DNA from: Photobacterium malacitanum
Lineage (GTDB): Bacteria > Pseudomonadota > Gammaproteobacteria > Enterobacterales > Vibrionaceae
Assembly: GCF_900185615.1 (NCBI RefSeq)
Contig: NZ_FYAK01000001.1
Span: forward strand, 195,701 to 219,700
Length of the DNA: 24,000 nt
Reading direction: 5' to 3'
Translations under genes and position numbers: made by a program
The notes under the pieces: model-generated
Told to the model about the DNA's origin: nothing
Databases searched by the model: none
The model's input: only the letters and a program-made list of their open reading frames with translations
Shown: piece after piece, positions 18,642 through 24,000 of the stretch
Numbering within the stretch: the first letter of the stretch is position 1
Layout: each line of letters starts with the position of its first letter

Positions 18642-20003
18642 TTATTTATTCTTTACTGTTGCGATGCGAGAACAAACAGGAATGTTTGTCGCATCAAGAC
18701 CTGGTGCCGTATTATGGAAATCAAACTCAAGTTCAACATCTGGTTTGAAGATTAAGCAATGTGTAGAACCACCAAAGTGGAACATACCTAGTTCATCGCC
18801 TTTATTAATGTGCTGACCTTCTTCTACAGTAACAGCACAAGAAGAGACTTCTGCCATACCAATAGCAATGAAACACATTAAGCCAATTTTAGGGTTATCA
18901 GATTCAATAAAGATCACTGCACGAGTAGCAACAGCTGTTAAGAATGGCTGCGAATTGTTAGGTGCGCTATCATCAGCGCCATCAGGATTATTGAAACCTT
19001 GGTAACGGTTACCTAAGTAGTATGAACCATTAACCATGAAGGTTTTCTTAATCGTACCACTCACTGGGCTGTTCCAACGGTGATAGCTTAATGCACTAAG
19101 AAATGCTTGATAAACCGTACCGCCAACAAATTGTTCTGCTAGTGGATCAAAATCCATCATGTTTTCTAATGAGTAAGGCTGACCTTTAAGCCAGAAGTTT
19201 GAAGATTTAGCAACATTAGTCACAACTTGTAAAGGCGCAGATTCACAGGCGTTAGCGATAACATCGTCACCTTCTGCAACAGGCCTTACACCCTCTTTAA
19301 AAGTACGAGTAAAGAAGTCATCCCAAGATTTAAAGCCGTAGTGTTTATCTGTTGGATCACAGTTAAAGAAATGCTCAAATGGTTTATTATGATTTTCTGA
19401 ATCACTGGCTTCAGCTTGACAAGCCACAGTCACCATTTCTTTTTGAGCATTATCACTTAACCAACCAAATACTTTTGGAATACGATCAGGGTGATTTTCA
19501 ACTAACACTGAACGTGACTCTGGAGATGAAAGGTATAGGCTCCAGTATGTTAGAATTTTCTTAAATTGCTGGTTAACAAGTTCGTTAGCAAAGAATGCAT
19601 AACCAGAATCTGTTGCCATTGGCCAGTCAAGAAGGGCGTTAATTGGAAAGCCAATTAAACCACAAGGCTCTAATGCACCTGTTTTAGGATCTAAAAACTC
19701 AGTGCACTCTGGTGCTTGAGTCATGATATGATTTAATAAAACTAAAAACTCATCAAAACTATTTACCTCAGGTGTTTCCAAAGGTGTTAATTCTTTATGG
19801 CTTTTAGCCTCAGTGAACATATCTTGAGAAAGGCGTAATAAAACAGGATCGTTTTCTACTAATTCTTTAAAGTCTGCAATAGGTTGAGCCATTGAGTGCG
19901 ATGTTAAATGCGTACGTGTTTTTAAATCTTTAATCCAAGCTGCAATATGTGCTTTATTTTTAGGAAGCCAATTGCCTTTTAATAGAGGGTATGTCTGATT
20001 CAT
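18642..20003 (-). CDS. Long-form phosphatidylserine-decarboxylase-family (pyruvoyl-dependent) decarboxylase, PsiD-like
   Basis: C-terminal GDELGMFHFGG|S413T matches the PSD self-cleavage (G-S) motif that generates the pyruvoyl group. HYGFKSWDDFFTRTF, ACES, YHRWNSPVSGTIKK and IGLMCFIAIGMAEVSSC parallel what I recall of fungal PsiD and bacterial 'PSD family protein' long forms. 453 aa versus ~290-320 aa for housekeeping Psd. Confidence 0.85.
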   Translation of the reverse strand: MNQTYPLLKGNWLPKNKAHIAAWIKDLKTRTHLTSHSMAQPIADFKELVENDPVLLRLSQDMFTEAKSHKELTPLETPEVNSFDEFLVLLNHIMTQAPECTEFLDPKTGALEPCGLIGFPINALLDWPMATDSGYAFFANELVNQQFKKILTYWSLYLSSPESRSVLVENHPDRIPKVFGWLSDNAQKEMVTVACQAEASDSENHNKPFEHFFNCDPTDKHYGFKSWDDFFTRTFKEGVRPVAEGDDVIANACESAPLQVVTNVAKSSNFWLKGQPYSLENMMDFDPLAEQFVGGTVYQAFLSALSYHRWNSPVSGTIKKTFMVNGSYYLGNRYQGFNNPDGADDSAPNNSQPFLTAVATRAVIFIESDNPKIGLMCFIAIGMAEVSSCAVTVEEGQHINKGDELGMFHFGGSTHCLIFKPDVELEFDFHNTAPGLDATNIPVCSRIATVKNK

Positions 20004-20410
20004 AATTCTATACCTAATGATAAATTAAATTTAAAAACGCTAAAGCATTACATCATTTAAATATATAAATTGATGTGCTCAATATTAGTAATACTTTATC
20101 GCCAGCAATATTTTAAGTCATTATCTAAAAATTAAACGTAAAAACTCAATTATACGTAATCAATAATTATAAACAGAGCGTTAAGTAATAATTACATATA
20201 AGCGAAATAACCATAGACCAAAAAGTCATTTAAGGTGAATTTTATTTGTTTCTTTTTTTGAAAAATTAATTCTGGTTGAAAAACAACAAAAAAGCGTATC
20301 TTTAATAAACGCTATAGGTCGATATTGATTGTTATTTAAACTAAAGTGGTGTGTTTGTTATTGATTTTACTTACTTTATTTTTTAACTTCTGATAGTGAT
20401 GATTCAAAAG

Positions 20411-20426
20411 TGTGATATTTGTCACG
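20411..20426. promoter_or_regulatory. CRP-binding site TGTGATATTTGTCACG
   Basis: Matches TGTGA-N6-TCACA at 9 of 10 constrained positions. The centre is ~80 nt upstream of the hibernation-factor ATG, and TAATAG/CTTAAT -10-like hexamers lie ~30 nt downstream. Confidence 0.6.
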
Positions 20427-20498
20427 TTTTGTTTTTTAATTTCGGTTCATCTTAATAGCACAAACAATAAATAACTTATTAAATTATTGGTGGAAAAA

Positions 20499-20891
20499 AT
20501 GACGTTAAAAGTAACTGCTAAAGGTTTTGAATTACCTGATTACATGGAAGCTCATATTGAATCTGAGTTTGCTAAATTCGATAAATTCCAAGTTGTATTT
20601 CATAGTCGTAATGTATTTATGAAATTAGAACCAGGCCGTCAATTTATTGTAGAAATTGCAGTAAAGACAAGTGTTGGTGATATTGAAGCATCAGCAGATG
20701 AAAAAGAATTAAGTGACGCATTAAATGCCGCATTTGCACGTTTAGAGCGTCAAATTATTAAGAAAAAAGAAAAGCCACTAGCACATCGTTCTGAATTAAA
20801 TGAGCGTGATAAAGAAAACTTCTTAAAAGAAGAAGAAGCATCTGCAGAAGCTGCAGCTGATGAAGCGATTGCTGCTGAAAGTGCTAAATAA
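20499..20891 (+). CDS. Ribosome hibernation factor family protein (HPF/RaiA/YfiA-like) with an acidic Ala/Glu-rich tail
   Basis: MTLKVTAKGFELPDYMEAHIESEFAKFDKF...IVEIAVKTSVGDIEASADEKELSDALNAAFARLERQIIKKKEK follows the HPF pattern (M.l.itG....it.alr.yv..k..kl.......v.l.......a....g....A.a...d.y.aid...dkl.rql.k.k.k). The start is moved from the track's TTG at 20487 to the ATG at 20499, which has GGTGGA 5 nt upstream. Confidence 0.8.
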   Translation: MTLKVTAKGFELPDYMEAHIESEFAKFDKFQVVFHSRNVFMKLEPGRQFIVEIAVKTSVGDIEASADEKELSDALNAAFARLERQIIKKKEKPLAHRSELNERDKENFLKEEEASAEAAADEAIAAESAK

Positions 20892-20949
20892 TAATTAACA
20901 ATAATTGAAATAATAATAAGCTAATATTATTTCGTTATTAATTTATAGT

Positions 20950-20987
20950 AAAAACCTCGATCAATAACTATTGATCGAGGTTTTTTT
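20950..20987. terminator. Bidirectional rho-independent terminator
   Basis: CCTCGATCAAT-aact-ATTGATCGAGG forms an 11-bp stem flanked by A5 upstream and T7 downstream. The T run overlaps the stop codon (20986-20988) of the convergent methyltransferase gene. Confidence 0.85.
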
Positions 20988-21759
20988 ATGCGGCTTGCTG
21001 ATTGATAAGGGTATTTTGTTTTTTAACACAGACAAAAATGGCATTACCGGAATGACCATTCCAAGGCACGATTTTATCGTAGCTATGTTCAAACATCGTG
21101 ATATCAAAAAAAGGTGCTAACAATTGCTGTAATTGCACAAAGTTGATTGCCACCATAGGGTGATTATCACGCCAAGACTGAGTGACATTATCCGCTGTTT
21201 TTTCAATATGCAGCTGTAATTGTTGATGTTCACCCTCACCACTGTAATACCAACCAGATTGGAACATAAAGTGATCGCCTTCAAACTCAGTGGTATGACG
21301 TACAAAAGAGCTGTTATCGATTTTATCTTTGTCGACAGCATTAAAGCAAAATACACCATTCTCATTTAACGCATTGTAAGCACTTTCAATACATTGCATT
21401 AATTTCTCGATATTGGCATTGTAATGCAATGAATACAGGAAACAGGTTATTAAATCTAACGGTGCATCAACGGTAAAATTACACATGTCGTGCTGCACAA
21501 AAGTAGCTTGTGGACACCGTTGTTGAGCAATGTTGAGCATTGGTTGATTAATATCTAAGCCACTTGCTTGATAGCCATAACCAATAAAATGCTCAACATG
21601 CGGGCCTGTACCACAAGCGAGATCAAGATAACGAGTGCCTTGATTACCAAATAGCTGGTGGAGTCTACGAATACAATTACTTTGTTCTTGGTAATCAATA
21701 TCAGCGCACATTAAATCATAGTAGCCAGACAAATCAGTGTATAAAGCGTTATAAGACAT
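20986..21759 (-). CDS. Class I SAM-dependent methyltransferase
   Basis: Motif I is YLDLACGTGPH, followed by GLDINQPML and DLITCF. The start is moved to the ATG at 21757-21759 (MSYNALYTDLSGYYD), the usual N-terminus for this family. Confidence 0.85.
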   Translation of the reverse strand: MSYNALYTDLSGYYDLMCADIDYQEQSNCIRRLHQLFGNQGTRYLDLACGTGPHVEHFIGYGYQASGLDINQPMLNIAQQRCPQATFVQHDMCNFTVDAPLDLITCFLYSLHYNANIEKLMQCIESAYNALNENGVFCFNAVDKDKIDNSSFVRHTTEFEGDHFMFQSGWYYSGEGEHQQLQLHIEKTADNVTQSWRDNHPMVAINFVQLQQLLAPFFDITMFEHSYDKIVPWNGHSGNAIFVCVKKQNTLINQQAA

Positions 21760-22100
21760 GGTTAACCTAATGATTATAAAGAGATTATGTTGGTTTTTGG
21801 AATGGCCCAATTACCAAAGTTGCGCGATATTAGCCTAGCTTTGCAAATGCGCCAAACAATATTTTTTAAATTAATCAATTAATTGAAGTAGCGCTCACTT
21901 TATACTTATAAGGGATATTGTAATGTGTCTAGATTGGTAGTAATTGAGGGCTTTTTCTGCTGTAGTAAAAGAGATGAAGTTAATGGTAGTGCGGTGAGAT
22001 TAAGCAGTGATAGCCTAAATATTAGTGTAAGTGTTGCTTATTACTGGCGGAGAGGGATAATCACCGCTCTTTTAATATAAAGAGAAAGAGCGATATTTTT

Positions 22101-22793
22101 ATGCGTCTTGATAAATTTGTTTGTAAAAGTACCGCACTTACCAAAGAGCAGGCCGTTAGCGCTATTATTGATGGTGAAATAATGGTCAATGGTGATGTTA
22201 TCACTGACATTGCAACGCAAGTACATGAAAATAATGATGTTAGACGAGCAGGAACGCGACTCTATCCTCGTCCATTTCGTTATCTATTAATGCATAAGCC
22301 AGCACAGACCATTTGCTCAAATATTGATGAAGTCTATCCGTCATTGTTTAATTACATTGATATAGAACGTCCACAAGAACTTCATATTGTGGGTCGATTA
22401 GATGCGGATACAACAGGTTTAGTTCTGATTACTGATGATGGTAGGTGGTCATTTAATATCACTTCTCCCAATAAACTATGCCCTAAAGTATACCGAGTTA
22501 AGCTTCGTCAACCCATTGATGTAAATGCTAAAAAGTTATTCGCTCATGGCATTCAGTTACAAGGTGAAACCCAACTTACCGCACCAGCCTCATTAACCAT
22601 TATTGATGAAAAGCAGGTGTTATTAACCATTACAGAAGGTAAGTTTCATCAAGTAAAACGCATGTTTGCAACTATTGGCAATAAAGTCGTTGGCTTACAT
22701 CGTGAGTCGATCGGTGCTGTAACGTTAGACGTTAGCGAAGGTCAATGGCGCTATTTAACCAGTGATGAGATTAAGGCATTACGCCAACAATAA
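22101..22793 (+). CDS. rsuA: 16S rRNA pseudouridine synthase, RsuA family (S4 domain plus RsuA/RluB-type catalytic domain)
   Basis: MRLDKFV, catalytic-Asp block [33 protein letters not shown] and [27 protein letters not shown] are colinear with E. coli RsuA (MRLDKFI...[26 protein letters not shown]...[27 protein letters not shown], from memory). Confidence 0.85.
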   Translation: [230 protein letters not shown]

Positions 22794-22863
22794 ATACCAA
22801 CAATGGTGCGATACCGTGAAATAAAATGAGTATCGCGGCATGTAATTTAATGAGGATAAATCG

Positions 22864-23235
22864 GTGAAAAAAAGTCAATTAGGTTTTCTTGTGGTGGCAG
22901 CAACAATGCTTTTATCTGGTTGTAGTGGTGAAGCCACTGTGACTGCGACCCCGGTGAAAAATGTTGATACCGTATCGGTCACATCACCTGAAGATATTGA
23001 TGTATTTTGTCCAACGGGTATTTGTACTTTTGAATTATCAACTTCTGCACCAACAAAAGTCACCGTTACTATGCACTATGACTACAGCAAGCTTTATACC
23101 AAAATCGAAGGGGTGAGCGTTGTTGGTAAAGGTGCAAAAGACGCTAAAGTAGTTGATGAAGATCAATTCACAGTAGAACTAACCAAAAAGAATACCCCTG
23201 TAAAAATTGAAGTGATTGATTTTTATCGCAACTAA
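22864..23235 (+). CDS. Lipoprotein of unknown function
   Basis: GTG start with GAGG 8 nt upstream. MKKSQLGFLVVAATMLLSG|C has an L-S-G-C lipobox. Confidence 0.7.
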   Translation: MKKSQLGFLVVAATMLLSGCSGEATVTATPVKNVDTVSVTSPEDIDVFCPTGICTFELSTSAPTKVTVTMHYDYSKLYTKIEGVSVVGKGAKDAKVVDEDQFTVELTKKNTPVKIEVIDFYRN

Positions 23236-23360
23236 ATCGCTTTCGCTGGAATATTATTAAGCAGTCTTTACTTCGCTAAGGACTGCCTTCTATACATCTT
23301 CATATATATAGTTCAGTACAATAATTAATTAAATCCTAAGAAATCAGCGCTCTAAAATTT

Positions 23361-23777
23361 CTAACTATTGGTTTTTAACGTTTTTCTTTTTTTATAATTA
23401 GATTTCATCTCTTTGGTTAGTGGTGGTAGTGGTTTTTTATCATTAACTAAGTGTCTGATTGCCATAATAGGGTGCTTGATTAACATCTTTGGTCCTGAGT
23501 AACGCATGATCGTTTGCGATTTGAGCTTTTGTTGTGGCTTGTAGCAATGGATTGGGCATTGCTTACAGCTGGGTTTATTCTCACCATAAGGGCAGCGATC
23601 AAGACGGTGTTTTACATAGCTTCTAAATTGCTCACAATCATCACAACGCTGAAATGAGGCAGTATTAGTTTGATGGTGATTTAAGCAATAGAGGTCAATC
23701 ATTGCGGTTATGGTCTTAAATTCCGTATTAAGTCGACCCAATAGATTAAAGTCAGTGTTTTTATCCACGTTCATCAC
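23361..23777 (-). CDS. ygbA: Nitrous-oxide-stimulated-promoter family protein (YgbA-like, Cys-rich)
   Basis: The Cys pattern LYCLNHH...CDDCEQFRSYVKHRLDRCPYGENKPSCKQCPIHCYKP...IMRYSGPKMLIKHP matches the YgbA_NO family as I remember it (C..C..L..Y...R...CP.G..KP.C..C..HCY......VM...GP.M). The start is either the GTG at 23777 or the ATG at 23774. Confidence 0.8.
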   Translation of the reverse strand: MMNVDKNTDFNLLGRLNTEFKTITAMIDLYCLNHHQTNTASFQRCDDCEQFRSYVKHRLDRCPYGENKPSCKQCPIHCYKPQQKLKSQTIMRYSGPKMLIKHPIMAIRHLVNDKKPLPPLTKEMKSNYKKRKTLKTNS

Positions 23778-23812
23778 CGTTATGAGTAAAAGGAATTATT
23801 CTAACGCGTATA

Positions 23813-23835
23813 AAGATGCATTTTAAATAAAAGTT
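23813..23835. promoter_or_regulatory. NsrR-type operator upstream of the ygbA-like gene
   Basis: AAGATGCATTT-T-AAATAAAAGTT. The left half equals the NsrR half-site AAGATGCATTT exactly. The right half matches 7 of 11 positions of AAATGCATCTT. It lies 36-58 nt upstream of the start codon. ygbA is an NsrR regulon member in E. coli. Confidence 0.5.
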
Positions 23836-24000
23836 TCATAAAGATGATAAATTATGACGATTAATTCGCATTTTTTTAGCAACAAGTGTCAATAATGTTG
23901 ATGAATTGATAAATTTAATGATTAAACACAAGAAACATGCTGAGATGGGTTGATTTAACGGGAGTAGAGCAGTAGTATCCACGCCTCGATTTTTATGGTG

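Noticed and set aside
19001-19013. Perfect 6+1+6 palindrome GGTAAC-G-GTTACC, resembling the GalR-type operators, inside the decarboxylase gene.
   Set aside because: It has an odd-centred geometry, unlike LacI-family operators. It has four mismatches to the operator pattern and lies deep in coding sequence (encoding GNRYQG), far from any promoter. It is probably coincidental.
22041-22226. 61-aa minus-strand ORF overlapping the rsuA start.
   Set aside because: It is antisense to the conserved MRLDKF N-terminus of rsuA and has no supporting signals.
22810-22845. Stem GCGATAC/GTATCGC after rsuA, and stem GCAGTC...GACTGC at 23263-23290 after the lipoprotein gene, as terminators.
   Set aside because: Both have short imperfect stems, a large loop or a mismatch, and no T-tract. 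This is too weak to annotate.
23961-24000. GGGAGTAGAGCAGTAGTATCCACGCCTCGA at the right edge as the 5' part of a tRNA.
   Set aside because: I could not fold a D-arm or an acceptor pattern from it. It lacks the conserved GG of the D-loop in context, and the window ends before any T-arm could be checked.

Overview
AT-rich chromosomal segment, probably from a marine gammaproteobacterium (several products align closely with my memory of E. coli SulA, GalR, LacZ, LacA, MelB, RsuA and YgbA). I support about 20 protein genes. I found no rRNA, tRNA, CRISPR array, transposase or integrase. Left to right: the 5' end of an ArcD-like antiporter (-); sulA with an E. coli-like SOS box (-); an orphan 203-aa protein (-); an overlapping 2OG/Fe(II) dioxygenase (PF10014-like) plus class-V PLP enzyme pair (-); a secreted CbpD-type AA10 LPMO with two C-terminal chitin-binding modules (+); a MauG/MbnH-like di-haem peroxidase plus small secreted partner (-); a lacA-like acetyltransferase (+); a very AT-rich spacer; a galR-like repressor (-); a melB-lacZ-GH36 alpha-galactosidase operon (-) with two GalR-type operators; a small alpha/beta-hydrolase-like protein and a lipoprotein (+); a long-form PSD-family (PsiD-like) pyruvoyl decarboxylase (-); an HPF/RaiA-family hibernation factor with a CRP box (+); a SAM methyltransferase (-); rsuA (+); a lipoprotein (+); and a ygbA-like gene with an NsrR-type box (-). 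No complete novel multi-gene system such as a defence island is visible. The best candidates for undescribed biology are three. (1) The coupled dioxygenase/PLP cassette, whose PLP enzyme appears to lack the desulfurase cysteine. (2) The MauG-like di-haem enzyme with a His/Trp-rich secreted partner, convergent with a copper LPMO. (3) The bacterial PsiD-like decarboxylase. All family assignments rest on reading motifs by eye and on remembered sequences. None has been checked by a search.
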